Source: Terriglobia bacterium (GTDB taxonomy: Bacteria; Acidobacteriota; Terriglobia; Bryobacterales; UBA6623). From it: a stretch of 64,000 bases of DNA. The position numbers were made by a program, and so were the translations under genes. Positions 53,640 through 63,954 of the stretch are shown piece by piece. The stretch lies in assembly GCA_963824095.1 (NCBI GenBank), contig CAWGNS010000009.1:128256-192255 (forward strand), read 5' to 3'. Below the pieces are notes generated by a model. It made no database searches. It was not told where the DNA came from and saw nothing but the letters and a program-made list of their open reading frames with translations. The number at the start of each line of letters is the position of its first letter. The first letter of the stretch is position 1.

Positions 53640-56003
53640 CTACTCGCGGGTCTTGAGCACCGCTACGAGGTCGAGATGGTCCACCTTGCGCCGCACGATC
53701 AACCCCGAAATCACCGACGCCAGCAACACCACGACCGCCGCAAAGCTGTAGGTGCTGGGATCGATGATGAGCGGAATGCGGTAGAGATCGGTCTGCATCC
53801 CTATGCTCATCGAATAACACATCGCATAGCCGACGACAAAGCCGAGCGGAATCGCGAGGACCGTTAGAATCGCGAGCTCACCCAGCAGGATATAAGAAAC
53901 CTCGCCGCGCGTGAAACCCAGCACGCGCAGGCTGGCCAGCTCGCGCGAGCGTTCCGAAAGCGCGATGCGCGCGCTGTTATAGACGACGCCGAAGGCGATC
54001 GAGCCTGCCAGCAGCGTGTTGAAGAAGGCAAAGGTGAGGATGGTTTGCGCCATCGTATCCTGGAAACTCTTCAGCGCCTTTCGGCGGACGACGGTGGCTG
54101 CGATGCGCGGCATCCCTTTCAACTCGGTGTAGATGGCGTTCTGGTAGCGCTGGTCGGCGCGCAGGAACGCTCCCGAAATGGCGTCCCCTTCGCGCATCAT
54201 GCGATTGAGGGCGTCGCGCCGCATGTAGGCCGACACGCCGATGAACTCCTTCACCACCGCCGCCAGCGGCACCTGGCGCACCGGCCGCGCGCCTTCGAGG
54301 ATCTCGACCGTGAGCATGTCGCCGGGCTTGGCGCCCAGGATCGAGGCAAGCTGATCGGTAAGCAGGAGCCCGCCGGCAGGCAGCGCGATCGGGTCAAGGT
54401 TTTCGTCGAGCAGCCGCATCAGGTCGCCGCCGGGGTCGAAACCCTGAATCGCGCTGCGATATTCGCGGTGCTCGAAATGCAGCCGGACGGGGACCGAGCG
54501 AAACACCTCCCCATATTCGACACCGGGCAAGCTCAGCAGATCGTAGTAGGAGCGGTAGGAAGTGGGCTCGACGAAGGTCACCGAAATGTCGTCGCGCTGC
54601 GCCAGCCCGAATTGCACGTTGATCATGTAGTCCACCGCGTCCGACGAGAACGTGCCCGTCATCACGATGGCGCACGAGAACGCGATGCCGACGGCGCTGA
54701 GCAGCGATTTCAGGGGTCGCCGCTCGAGGTTGCGGACGATCATGCGGGTGGGCTGGGCGAGCCAGCGCCGCAGGCCCAGCTTTTCGACCACGGATTCCCG
54801 ATAGTGAGCCGGCGGTTCGGGCCGCATCGCCTCGGCCGGCGGCTGCCGCGCCGCCTGCATCACCGCATACAGCGTGCCGAGCAGCGCCGCGCCGACGCTG
54901 ATCAACGCCGCGATCGCCACCACGCGCGGCTGCAGCTCGTAGAGCATAAACGGGAACTTGTAGAACTTCGAATAGAGCGACGAGAGCCCGTACCCAAACC
55001 AGATTCCGAGCCCGGTTCCCAGAACGACGCCGGCCAGCACGATCACGATGATCAGCTTCGAGAAATGTTCGATGACGTCGAGATTCGAATAGCCGAAGGC
55101 TTTCAGCGTGGCGATTTCTTCGCGTTGCGTACGCACCAGCCGGCTCACCACCACGTTCAACAGGAAGGCTGCGACGCCCAGGAAAATCGTCGGGAACATC
55201 GTCGCCATCTGTTCGAGCTGTTTAAACTCTTCGGAAAGGTAGCGGTGCGAAACCTGATCCTTGCGAGAGTAGGCGCCGAGACCTCCGTAGCGCGCCAGAA
55301 GCTGGTCGAGGCGTTGAATGACGTCGTCGGCCGAGGCGTGGGCGGCGAGCGTGATCGCGACGTCGTTGAACGCGCCGTCCATGTCGAAGGCGTTGGCGAG
55401 CGGCTGGTGGGCCATCCACAGGATGCCGTAACTCTTGAAATCGGGGAACATGTCCCCGGCGCGAATCTGATAGATGAATTCGGGGGCGAGCGCGGTGCCG
55501 ACGATGGTCAGCTCCTTTCTCCGGCCGTTGAGGATGGCCGCTATGTGGTCGCCGGGGCGGTAGCCGTGCGCTTCGGCGAAGGCGTCGCTGACCAGCACCT
55601 CGTCGTCGCGCGTCGGGTCGACCATGCGGCCCTCGCGCAAATAGATTTGATTGAGCAGCGACTCGCCGAACTGCCCGGTGGAGACCAGGTGTCCGGTAGC
55701 GGGGTCGGGGTAGTCCGGTAGGTCGAGATTCGCCGAAGCCACGATGCGGGTTTCGACCTGCTGCACTCCGGGAATCGCGCGGATGCTCTCGCGGAGGCTC
55801 TCGGGAGCGCGTTTCAGCGAGGCGAAGACGTCGGCGAAGTGATAGTCGCGGTAGAAAACCGATTGCGTCAGCTTGAGCGAATGCAGCGTGCTGAGCGACA
55901 TCACGAACGTCGCCACGCCGCTGGCGATCACCACGGCGATGGCCAGCGCCTGGCCCTTCATGCCCCACAGGTCACGCCACAGTTTGCGGTCGAGAGAGCT
56001 CAT
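53640..56003 (-). CDS. ABC transporter permease with two FtsX-type domains (YbbP-like)
   Basis: N-terminus MSSLDRKLWRDLWGMKGQALAIAVVIASGVATF. There are two blocks of FtsX-like helices (...REEIATLKAFGYSNLDVIEHF... and ...RELASLRVLGFTRGEVSYILLGE...). It lies directly downstream of its ATPase. Confidence 0.85.
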   Translation of the reverse strand: MSSLDRKLWRDLWGMKGQALAIAVVIASGVATFVMSLSTLHSLKLTQSVFYRDYHFADVFASLKRAPESLRESIRAIPGVQQVETRIVASANLDLPDYPDPATGHLVSTGQFGESLLNQIYLREGRMVDPTRDDEVLVSDAFAEAHGYRPGDHIAAILNGRRKELTIVGTALAPEFIYQIRAGDMFPDFKSYGILWMAHQPLANAFDMDGAFNDVAITLAAHASADDVIQRLDQLLARYGGLGAYSRKDQVSHRYLSEEFKQLEQMATMFPTIFLGVAAFLLNVVVSRLVRTQREEIATLKAFGYSNLDVIEHFSKLIIVIVLAGVVLGTGLGIWFGYGLSSLYSKFYKFPFMLYELQPRVVAIAALISVGAALLGTLYAVMQAARQPPAEAMRPEPPAHYRESVVEKLGLRRWLAQPTRMIVRNLERRPLKSLLSAVGIAFSCAIVMTGTFSSDAVDYMINVQFGLAQRDDISVTFVEPTSYRSYYDLLSLPGVEYGEVFRSVPVRLHFEHREYRSAIQGFDPGGDLMRLLDENLDPIALPAGGLLLTDQLASILGAKPGDMLTVEILEGARPVRQVPLAAVVKEFIGVSAYMRRDALNRMMREGDAISGAFLRADQRYQNAIYTELKGMPRIAATVVRRKALKSFQDTMAQTILTFAFFNTLLAGSIAFGVVYNSARIALSERSRELASLRVLGFTRGEVSYILLGELAILTVLAIPLGFVVGYAMCYSMSIGMQTDLYRIPLIIDPSTYSFAAVVVLLASVISGLIVRRKVDHLDLVAVLKTRE

Positions 56004-56010
56004 CGGGAAG

Positions 56011-56748
56011 CTACCAGCTCAGGTCGCGCGCACGCTTCTTGGCCGCGTTTTCGGCGACGTCGCTGACCAGCCCGTCGTGGATATGCATCACGCGGTCGGC
56101 CATGCCCTGGATGTCGGCGTTGTGGGTGATGATCACCGTCGTGGTGCCGAGTTCGTGATTGGCGCGCTCCAGCGCTTCGAGAACGACCACGCCGGTCGAC
56201 GAATCGAGCGCGCCAGTCGGCTCGTCGCACAACAATACCGAGGGATTTTTGGCGATCGCCCGCGCGATTGCGACGCGCTGCTGCTGGCCGCCGGAAAGCT
56301 GCGCCGGGAAGTGATCGAGGCGGTCGGCGAGCCCAACCACGGCCAGGGCGTCCTCGGGCTTCATCGGGTCGCGCGCGATTTCGGTGACGACGGCGACGTT
56401 TTCTCGCGCCGTCAGGCTCGGAATCAGGTTGTAGAACTGGAACACAAAACCGACGTGATAGCGCCGGTATTCGGTCAATTCGCGGTCGGTCGCCCGGGTC
56501 AGGTCCTTGTCGTGATAGGTGACGCGCCCGCTGGTCGCGGTGTCGAGCCCGCCGAGAATGTTGACCAGAGTCGATTTTCCGCTGCCCGAGGGGCCCAGCA
56601 ACACGACGAGTTCGCCGGAATACAACTCCAGGTCGATGCCCCGCAGCGCCTTCACCTGCACCTCGCCCATGTCGTACACCTTAGTCAGCCCTTCGGTGCG
56701 AAACACGACGGTCTTCGACGCGGCGGCCGTTGGTTCGTGGAGCGCCAT
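56011..56748 (-). CDS. ABC transporter ATP-binding protein (MacB/LolD-type)
   Basis: I moved the start to ATG 56748 ([25 protein letters not shown]). Walker [10 protein letters not shown], signature LSGGQQQR, Walker [12 protein letters not shown] and H-loop ITHN. Confidence 0.88.
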   Translation of the reverse strand: MALHEPTAAASKTVVFRTEGLTKVYDMGEVQVKALRGIDLELYSGELVVLLGPSGSGKSTLVNILGGLDTATSGRVTYHDKDLTRATDRELTEYRRYHVGFVFQFYNLIPSLTARENVAVVTEIARDPMKPEDALAVVGLADRLDHFPAQLSGGQQQRVAIARAIAKNPSVLLCDEPTGALDSSTGVVVLEALERANHELGTTTVIITHNADIQGMADRVMHIHDGLVSDVAENAAKKRARDLSW

Positions 56749-56854
56749 GATGGGGCGGGGCAGGGAAGCGAGGTCGCGGCCGGCCCGGCTGTGGAATCCC
56801 GGGGCTGGCGCATGGATGTTCACCGCCGGCCCCATGCTTCTGATTGTCGCGCAG

Positions 56855-58114
56855 TCAGCCGACGATTTCGCGGATGTCGATCAGATAAAGCTGCCGCCCG
56901 TCACCGCCATGCGGCGAGTCGATCACCACTTTGCGCCCGTCAGGGCTGAATCGCGGGTGCGTATCGCATCGCCATTCGCCCTTGTACTCGGGTGGAGAAC
57001 GAAAATGGCCCAGCGGGACACGCCGTCCCGTGGCGACTTCATACAGGTAAGGATGCTGCAAGCGCTCCTTGTCGGGATAGGTGTCGTTGAGAATCCAGTG
57101 GTTCCCCGGCAGATAAGTGCAGTGCCCATTGACGGTCATTACGTCGGGTCCGATCACTTCCACTTTCTCGGTGCGATCGGTGTAGAGGTAGAACTTGTTG
57201 CCGTGGGAAGGATGAAATGCCCAGGCGAGCACGTGCTCGGGATCGCGCCAGATGAAATGCGAGGTGTCGCCGTAAGGGTCGAGCACGTAAGGGTCTTCGC
57301 CGTGGGTGCCCATCGTAAACATGCGCGTGCCAAAGCCCCGGTTTCCCGAGCGGAATACCCAGCGGTGCAGGAAAATCATCCGCGACCCGTCGGGAGAGAC
57401 CAGCAGGTGATTGAAGTACTGCTTCAGGCCGGTCGCGTCGCTGTGTGTATCGGGAATTTTCGCCGCCTGTGCGACCGAAAAGATCAGCTCCCGCTTGCCG
57501 GTTTTCAGATCCATGCGCCAGATGCCGACATCGTCGGGAATCAGTTTGTCCTTGTTGGGGTCGGGAATCCCGGTGTAGCCGTAGCCGGGCCGGGTATCGT
57601 TCAAGCGCCGGAAATCGGGCGCCACGGCCCAGCTTCCGTCGGGCGACAGCGCATAGATCGGGTGAGGCAGAGTGCGGCGCCGGCCCGTCTTGACGTCGAG
57701 AATGTGGCTGACGAAATGGTCCCCTTCGCGGTCGTTCCAGATGATTTCGCTCGGCGACCCGGGAATCCACTGCAACATGCAGCCCTGCTGCCAGCACCAG
57801 GCGCGCGTCTCGCCCAGGTCGGTCCAGCGGTCGTTGTCCTCGGTATCCACCATGCCGATGCGAATGACGTCGTTGGGGCGCGGCGAGCGGTGCTGGAAAT
57901 CGACCTCCATGCCGAGCACATAGCGGCTTGAGGGGTCGAACTCCCGCTTGTCGTAGTAGCCGAACCAGTGGTACTTCGGTCCGCGCGTAATGGCCCGCAC
58001 CGGCGGCAGCTTTTCGCCGGCCGCCTGCAGAAACGACAGCTTGGCGGCGGTGAGACCCGCCGCGGCGAGGCCGCCCAGAAGCTGGCGCCGGCTGAGTTGG
58101 AACGATCGATCCAC
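56855..58114 (-). CDS. Tat-signal beta-propeller protein (TolB/PD40-like, oligogalacturonide-lyase-like architecture)
   Basis: GTG 58114 has a GGGAG RBS. Tat-like [19 protein letters not shown]40-like repeats [23 protein letters not shown] and [16 protein letters not shown]. The family call is approximate. Confidence 0.5.
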   Translation of the reverse strand: MDRSFQLSRRQLLGGLAAAGLTAAKLSFLQAAGEKLPPVRAITRGPKYHWFGYYDKREFDPSSRYVLGMEVDFQHRSPRPNDVIRIGMVDTEDNDRWTDLGETRAWCWQQGCMLQWIPGSPSEIIWNDREGDHFVSHILDVKTGRRRTLPHPIYALSPDGSWAVAPDFRRLNDTRPGYGYTGIPDPNKDKLIPDDVGIWRMDLKTGKRELIFSVAQAAKIPDTHSDATGLKQYFNHLLVSPDGSRMIFLHRWVFRSGNRGFGTRMFTMGTHGEDPYVLDPYGDTSHFIWRDPEHVLAWAFHPSHGNKFYLYTDRTEKVEVIGPDVMTVNGHCTYLPGNHWILNDTYPDKERLQHPYLYEVATGRRVPLGHFRSPPEYKGEWRCDTHPRFSPDGRKVVIDSPHGGDGRQLYLIDIREIVG

Positions 58115-58274
58115 TTTGTCTCCCTCGTATACGCCTGGCTCTCGTATACGCCCTAACAGTTTACCGACAACCTGGCATGTAGAGCAGGCCCGCACTACAG
58201 TCGGGGCGCCGGACTGAGACACAAAGGACGGCTCGGGCGAGAACAAGTTTTCGCTAGACTGGGCAAAGGATCCC

Positions 58275-59048
58275 ATGGTCTCCGTCATCATCCCGGTGCT
58301 CAACGATGCGGCGCCGTTGCGCGCGCTGCTGGCGCGCCTCGAAAGCGAGCCGGGGCCGATGGAGATCATCGTTGCCGATGGCGGCAGCACCGATGGAACC
58401 ACCGTGTTGGAACGGCAGTTCCCCGGCGTTCGCTGGACGTTCGGCCCGCCCGGCCGCGGCCGCCAGATGAACGCCGGCGCGCGCCTGTCACAGGGGGACG
58501 TGCTGCTGTTTCTCCATGGCGATACGCTGGCGCCGCCGGGCGCCATTGCCGAATTGCCCGTGCTGCTGGCATCGCACGGCGCCGATTTCGGAGCCTTCCG
58601 TATCGGTTTCGATCCGCCCGTGTGGCTGCCGCAGTTGCTGGCGCAGGCAACGCGGCTGGCCAGCCCGTGGTGTTGTTTTGGCGATCAGGGGATTTTCGTG
58701 CGCCGCGAGTTCTTTTTCGCCAGCGGTGGTTTTCCGGAGATTCCGTTGCTCGAAGACGTCCATTGGGCGCGCGCCGCGGGCAAGCGCGGGCGCATGGTTC
58801 GCTCCCGCGGCGTCGTGCTTTCGTCGGCGCGCCGTTTCGAGAAAATCGGTACGGTACGGCAGAGTTTGCGGAACCTGTCGATCCTGATCCGCGATCTGTT
58901 CGGCCAGGATCCGGCGGCCCTGGCGTGTCTCTATGACAAGGGCTACAGAGCCGTCCCCCTGCCGGCGACGCCAACGATTCACCGTGAAGCGCCGCCGAAT
59001 CCCGCACGGCCCGGAACCCGCGTGGCAACGACGGGCCCACCGGCGTGA
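58275..59048 (+). CDS. Glycosyltransferase family 2
   Basis: VSVIIPVLNDAAPL and IIVADGGSTDGT (DxD-type context), FLHGDT, and a C-terminal conserved ARRFEK-like region. Confidence 0.8.
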   Translation: MVSVIIPVLNDAAPLRALLARLESEPGPMEIIVADGGSTDGTTVLERQFPGVRWTFGPPGRGRQMNAGARLSQGDVLLFLHGDTLAPPGAIAELPVLLASHGADFGAFRIGFDPPVWLPQLLAQATRLASPWCCFGDQGIFVRREFFFASGGFPEIPLLEDVHWARAAGKRGRMVRSRGVVLSSARRFEKIGTVRQSLRNLSILIRDLFGQDPAALACLYDKGYRAVPLPATPTIHREAPPNPARPGTRVATTGPPA

Positions 59049-59102
59049 CGCCTCGTGAAGTGAGCCCAACCCCGCGAAGCCTCAAGGCTTGAGTCCAACC
59101 GC

Positions 59103-60171
59103 ATGACCACCACTTCCGCATTCAGCCGCTTCCTGCGCGCCGCTCCAAAGGCCGAACTCCACGTACACCTGCGCGGCGCGATGCCGCTGCCTTTCTTTCA
59201 GGAACGTCTGCGTAAATACCACCCCGAGGACGTTCTGGCGAACGCGCCGCCCCGCTTCCGCGAGCTGTTCGAGCAGTTCGAGAACATCCGTCCGTTCCTG
59301 AAGTCGCGGCCGAACCTGGCCGAAAGCGCCACGCAACTATTCCGCTACCGCACCTTCGATCAATTCCTGGCGACCTATCTGTTCAGCTCCTATTTCGTGC
59401 GCGACGCCGCTGACTTCCGCGGCTTGGTGGCGGCCGTGCTCGAACGGCTGGCGGCCGAAAACATCGTCTACGCCGAGATCACCGTCTCATTTATCGAGTA
59501 CATCCAGCAGGGGATCGCGCTCGACGATATTGTGGCCGCACTCGATGAAGCGTCCACGGTGAGCGGCCCCGTGCGTGTGCAGTGGATCCTCGATCCGGTG
59601 CGCAACATCGGGCCCGATCGCGCGCTCGAGCTGCTTCAGGAGGTGTTGCGCTCGCGGCCGAAGCACTTGGTTGGCATTACGATCGGAGGCAGCGAACATC
59701 TCTATCCGCCGGCGCAATTCTCGAAGGTCTACGCGCTGGCCCGCGACGCCGGGCTACGCCGCACGGTCCACGCCGGCGAGGGGCTGGGCCCCGAAAGTGT
59801 TTGGGATGCGATTCGCGAGCTTGGCGCGGAGCGCATCGGCCACGGCGTGCGCTCGATCGAGGACCCCGAACTGGTGAGCCACCTGGCGGAGAATCAGATC
59901 CCGCTCGAAGTCTGCCCGACCAGTAACCTATGGACCGCGATCTATCCGTCCTACGAAGCGCATCCGCTCAAGGCGCTGCACCAGGCGGGAGTTCCGCGTG
60001 AGCGTCAACACCGACGACCCGGAATTTTTCCGCACCAGCCTCAGCGAAGAGTTCGAGCACGCCCGGCAGATGGGATTGTCGGAGCGCGCGGTCCGCGAGA
60101 TCCTGCGGAACGGATTCCGGCACGCGTTTCTGCCGGAGGATGAGGCTGAGCGGCTTGCAAAGCAAGCCTGA
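59103..60171 (+). pseudogene. add: Adenosine/adenine deaminase family protein with a 1-nt frameshift near the 3' end (or sequence error)
   Basis: ELHVHLRGAM and HAGE motifs are in frame with ATG 59103. The expected VSVNTDDPEFF... motif and a clean C-terminus (...ERLAKQA, stop TGA 60169-60171) lie in the +1 frame after 59994/59995 (GTTCCGCGTG versus expected GTTCGCGTG). The in-frame continuation to 60143 is Arg/Pro-rich junk. Confidence 0.8.
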
Positions 60172-60261
60172 CGCTTGCGAAGCGGCGTCGGCATTGCCCG
60201 CAAGGTTGCGCGAGGGAGCGCCTATCTCTTCAGCAATGGGTGATCGTAATCGATTCGATGG

Positions 60262-60283
60262 AGGGCAGGCGGGAGCCCTGCCC
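60262..60283. repeat. GC-rich hairpin repeat (GGGCAGGCGGGAGCCCTGCCCC)
   Basis: Second copy of the 38587-38608 hairpin with the conserved 3' flank CACTGGGATTGC. It lies between convergent genes. Confidence 0.5.
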
Positions 60284-60327
60284 CACTGGGATTGCGAGTC
60301 TTTGGAACGTTTTCGTCATAACCCCGC

Positions 60328-61884
60328 TTAAGGGTTCCCGCCCACGATCGGAACGTGAATCACGGTTACCTCACCGGAAGCGAGGCCCGTGCGCAACGCC
60401 TCGCGAATCTCGTCCTCGGTAGTCGCCCGCACGCCACGCGCGCCGAACGCCTCGGCCATCTTCACAAAATCGACGGCTCCCAACACGCTGCTGATCGCCT
60501 CGCCGTATTTCGCCTCGTGCCCGGCGCGCGTAATTCCCCAGGCCTGATCGTCGGCGACGATGGCGACGAAGGGCAGCCGCTGGCGTACGGCGCACTCGAT
60601 CTCGGCGGGACCGAACGTGAACGAGCCGTCACCCGAAAGCAGAACCACCGGCCTGTCGGGATAAACCAGCCGCGCCGCCATCGCGCCGCCCAATCCCCAG
60701 CCGACCACGCCGCTGCGCCCGCACGTCAGCCAATGCCCCGGGTAGCGGTCGCACAAAAGCTGATGCGCCCATTGCCCGATGCTGCCGCCGTCGATGCCCA
60801 ACACGGCATCGCCCGGGAGCGCCTCGCGGAGCACGTTCATCACGTGCATCGCGTGCAATCCATGCGCGGCCTGGCCGGCGGCGGTCTGTTCGACGGTCGC
60901 TCGAAACGCTTGACGCCGTTGCCGGGCCTCGGCGAGCCAGCCCGCGTGAGCTTTGCCTTCGCGCGCCTGAGAGCTTTCTGCCATTGCGCTCCAGCCGCGA
61001 TCGAGCCGCACCAGCGTTGCATCGTCGCCAAGCGCGCTGGGCTGCAGAAATCCCACGCGGTAATCGGCCGCCGCGCCGGCCAGCACAACCACGTCGGCGT
61101 CGGGCAGCAGGCGCGGCCCGCCCGAGGCGGCTCCGATGACTCCGAGAAAAACGTCGCTGGGGCGATCGATCGAGCCGCGATCCCAGATCGGGGTTACCAC
61201 GGGAATCGAAAACTCTTCACAGAACGCGAGCAGCGCGGCGCCTTCTTCGGCGTAGTAGACACCGCTGCCCGCCACAACAAGCGGCCGCTCGGCTTTGGCG
61301 AGGGCCGCGGCAACATCGCCGGGATCGCCGCACGGCGCAGCGGCGCCCGCGCCCGATTTGCGCGGCGGGATCATGCGCTCGCGTGGAACCTCGCTGGTCT
61401 GCACATCCATGGGAAAGGTCAGATGCACCGGCCCCGGCGGCGGGCCGCTGGCCGCTTCCCAGGCCTGCTGCAGAATCTCGAGCGTCCTTTCGGGATGATC
61501 GATGACCCGCGCGAACTTCGTCACGGGAGCGGCGAGCGCCACTTGGTCGACGTCCTGAAAATGCCCCATGCCCGAGGTGCGCAGATCGGCCGCGCCCGAG
61601 ATCAGCAACAACGGCGCGCCGTCGAAGTAAGCGTCGACCACGCCGCTCATGGCGTTGGCATGGGCCACGCCGCTCGAAACCGCGACCACGCCCGGCTGCC
61701 GCGTCAATCGCCCGCAGGATCCGGCTAGGTATGACGCCGTCTGCTCGTTGCGCGTATCGACGAGGCGCAAGCCGCCCTGTTTCGCCGCGTGATAGAGCGG
61801 GTCGAGCCCATGGCCGCAAAGCGTCGCTATCCAGGTGATGCCGCGCTCGCGCAACCCTTCCACAAGCCATTCACAAGCCGTCAT
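60328..61884 (-). CDS. Thiamine-pyrophosphate-dependent enzyme (acetolactate-synthase large-subunit-like family)
   Basis: The N-terminal TPP-pyrimidine domain, central domain and C-terminal TPP-binding motif LLSGDGSFTFGPAEIE...VIADDQAWG (GDG-X24-27-N-like) are all present. Confidence 0.8.
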   Translation of the reverse strand: MTACEWLVEGLRERGITWIATLCGHGLDPLYHAAKQGGLRLVDTRNEQTASYLAGSCGRLTRQPGVVAVSSGVAHANAMSGVVDAYFDGAPLLLISGAADLRTSGMGHFQDVDQVALAAPVTKFARVIDHPERTLEILQQAWEAASGPPPGPVHLTFPMDVQTSEVPRERMIPPRKSGAGAAAPCGDPGDVAAALAKAERPLVVAGSGVYYAEEGAALLAFCEEFSIPVVTPIWDRGSIDRPSDVFLGVIGAASGGPRLLPDADVVVLAGAAADYRVGFLQPSALGDDATLVRLDRGWSAMAESSQAREGKAHAGWLAEARQRRQAFRATVEQTAAGQAAHGLHAMHVMNVLREALPGDAVLGIDGGSIGQWAHQLLCDRYPGHWLTCGRSGVVGWGLGGAMAARLVYPDRPVVLLSGDGSFTFGPAEIECAVRQRLPFVAIVADDQAWGITRAGHEAKYGEAISSVLGAVDFVKMAEAFGARGVRATTEDEIREALRTGLASGEVTVIHVPIVGGNP

Positions 61885-61941
61885 AAAATCAGCAACGAAA
61901 ATCGAACCCTCAGAAGAATGGGAGTGAGCCGTCGACCGGCC

Positions 61942-63363
61942 TCAGCGACTCCCCACCGCGGCGTAGCGCCCCTCGAACCTCGGCAAGAACCGCTGGCGGT
62001 GCTGGATCAACATTCGCACCGCCGCATCGACGAGCATTTCTCCGCCGCCGGCCGCGACGCGCGAGTTGACTACTTCGTAAGCGCCTTCAGGATACGCTTT
62101 GCGGTCGGGTACATAGCCGATCGAACCGTTCGCCAACTCAGCCACAATGGTAACCGGAAACGGCGAGGCCAGCTTGATGGCCTTGCCTAGCTCGACGAAA
62201 ATTTCTCCCGGCAAACCGACCCACGCGATCTGATCGCCGAGCGAGATCACTTGCACTTCCGCATCCACCGGCTTGCCCCTTAGTTCCTCGATCTCAAGCA
62301 CCTTGAAGGCGTAAACCTGATCGTAGAACGGAGCCGCCTGGGGCGTGCCATACTTCGCGACCACGCCGCGCGCCCAGGCGGGGTCCTGCGGCTGGATCGG
62401 CGCGGGCGGCAGCTCAACGACCTCTCGGCTGGCCTGCAATTCTCCGGGCTCGACGGCTTGCAGCTTGCGCAGCGTACGCAGAACCTCACCCGCCAAGATT
62501 GCTCCGATGCGAGCCGCTTCGGCGTTGCCCTTCTGCGGTGTGGCGCTGGTGACGTCGATATGGTTTACGTTCCCCGCCGTGCCGATTGTGAAGACCGTCA
62601 GCAGGTTGGGACCTTTCGCGGCGCCGACGAGCTTCGCCAGCGTGTAGGCATAATCGGCCGAATACTCCATGCCGCCGACGGTATCGAGATGGTCGGCATA
62701 GTTGACATAGAGCGCGCGGGGCTCGCCTTCGGCCGTTTCGAAATAGACCACCGGTACCGCCGGATCGATCTCGCCCACCGGCCGCACGATCTTGGGATTG
62801 AGCTTGCCCGGATTCCAGCCGATCGAGCCGTCGTTCATCAGAAAGCGGCGGATGAACGCCACCGAATCCTCGCGGCCGGTCGCCGCCGACACGCGCATGG
62901 GCGCGAGGTCCGCCTCGGCCTGGCGCACGCTCTCGGCGATCTTTTGCGGCAGCGCCTCGGCATACTCCTCGACCAGCCGCAGCGTTTTCTCATCGAGGCC
63001 GTCGAGGCGCGCGCTGATGCTCGGCCCGGTGTGCGAGTGGGTGGCGCTGATCATGACGTTGTCGCCGGGAACGCCGGTCGTCGCCGCGATGCGCGCACGC
63101 GCTTTCGCAATCACCTCGGCGGGAATCCCAATCAGATCGCAAGCCACCAGCGCCGCCTTGACGCCGCCGCTTTCGAGCACGATCGCCTTGGCGAACAGAT
63201 CGTCGTGAACGCCCTCATTGAGCCGCACGCTGTAGTACCCGGCCATCGGCAGCCCCATGCCGGGAGTGATCTTGACCGCCGCGCGGCCAACGCGAAGTTC
63301 GGCGCCCGAGGCCGGCGTCAGCAGAGCTACGGCGAGAGCAAGGAAAGCAATCCAGTTCCCCAT
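61942..63363 (-). CDS. Neutral/alkaline ceramidase-like N-terminal-domain hydrolase, secreted
   Basis: I moved the start to ATG 63363 (signal MGNWIAFLALAVALLTPASGA). Motifs GLPMAGY, DDLFAKAIVLE and ISATHSHTGP are typical of this family. Confidence 0.7.
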   Translation of the reverse strand: MGNWIAFLALAVALLTPASGAELRVGRAAVKITPGMGLPMAGYYSVRLNEGVHDDLFAKAIVLESGGVKAALVACDLIGIPAEVIAKARARIAATTGVPGDNVMISATHSHTGPSISARLDGLDEKTLRLVEEYAEALPQKIAESVRQAEADLAPMRVSAATGREDSVAFIRRFLMNDGSIGWNPGKLNPKIVRPVGEIDPAVPVVYFETAEGEPRALYVNYADHLDTVGGMEYSADYAYTLAKLVGAAKGPNLLTVFTIGTAGNVNHIDVTSATPQKGNAEAARIGAILAGEVLRTLRKLQAVEPGELQASREVVELPPAPIQPQDPAWARGVVAKYGTPQAAPFYDQVYAFKVLEIEELRGKPVDAEVQVISLGDQIAWVGLPGEIFVELGKAIKLASPFPVTIVAELANGSIGYVPDRKAYPEGAYEVVNSRVAAGGGEMLVDAAVRMLIQHRQRFLPRFEGRYAAVGSR

Positions 63364-63541
63364 TTGGTTTGGTCCCCGACAACGGTTTCGCCGGCGGCGG
63401 CGATCACGTTTCCGACCAGCATACCATCGGCCGCCGGGCCTTCCGTCTTGCGGCCGCGGCGGTCCCCGTGAATCGCGACGCCGTAGCGAGTTCCGTGGCG
63501 CAGGCTCGCAGGGGCCCACGGTTTCCGGCAAAGCCTGACGC

Positions 63542-63903
63542 TCCAGCGTAGGCGACCAGGCAGCCCGCGACGGCCCCACACAGCGACAGCAACAAGCTCT
63601 CGACGAGCAGTTGACGTAGAATGCGCGAACGGCTGGCCCCTAGAGCCGCGCGCACCGTCATCTCTCTTTCGCGGGACGTGGCCCGGGCCAGCAGCATGTT
63701 GGCGACGTTGCAGCAGGCGATCAACAACAGAAGACCGACGGCCACGAGCAGCGTATAGAGCACTCCCCGGAAACGGCCGACAACCTTGTCGAACAGGTCA
63801 TGACCTGGATGTGGAACTGCTTGGGGTACTCGTCCGGGTGATCGATGGCGCGGCGGGCGGCGATCACGTTGAGTTCTACTTCGGCCTGGACTCCGTAGCA
63901 CAA
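63542..63903 (-). pseudogene. Internal fragment of an ADOP/FtsX-type permease gene (truncated at both ends, frameshifted)
   Basis: 63542-63799 encodes [86 protein letters not shown], which is the first FtsX block of the ADOP paralogs. The preceding segment ([31 protein letters not shown], 63802-63891) is in another frame. There is no N-terminal or second-half sequence. Confidence 0.7.
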
Positions 63904-63917
63904 TCAGGACGCGAGAG

Positions 63918-63954
63918 ACAGAGCCGCAGGCGTCAGCCGGCGGGCCGAGGCGGC
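63918..63954. repeat. Solo arm of family-3 repeat
   Basis: ACAGAGCCGCAGGCGTCAGCCGGCGGGCCGAGGCGGC matches the left arm of 33241-33278 almost exactly. It abuts the 5' truncation point of the ADOP fragment. Confidence 0.6.
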
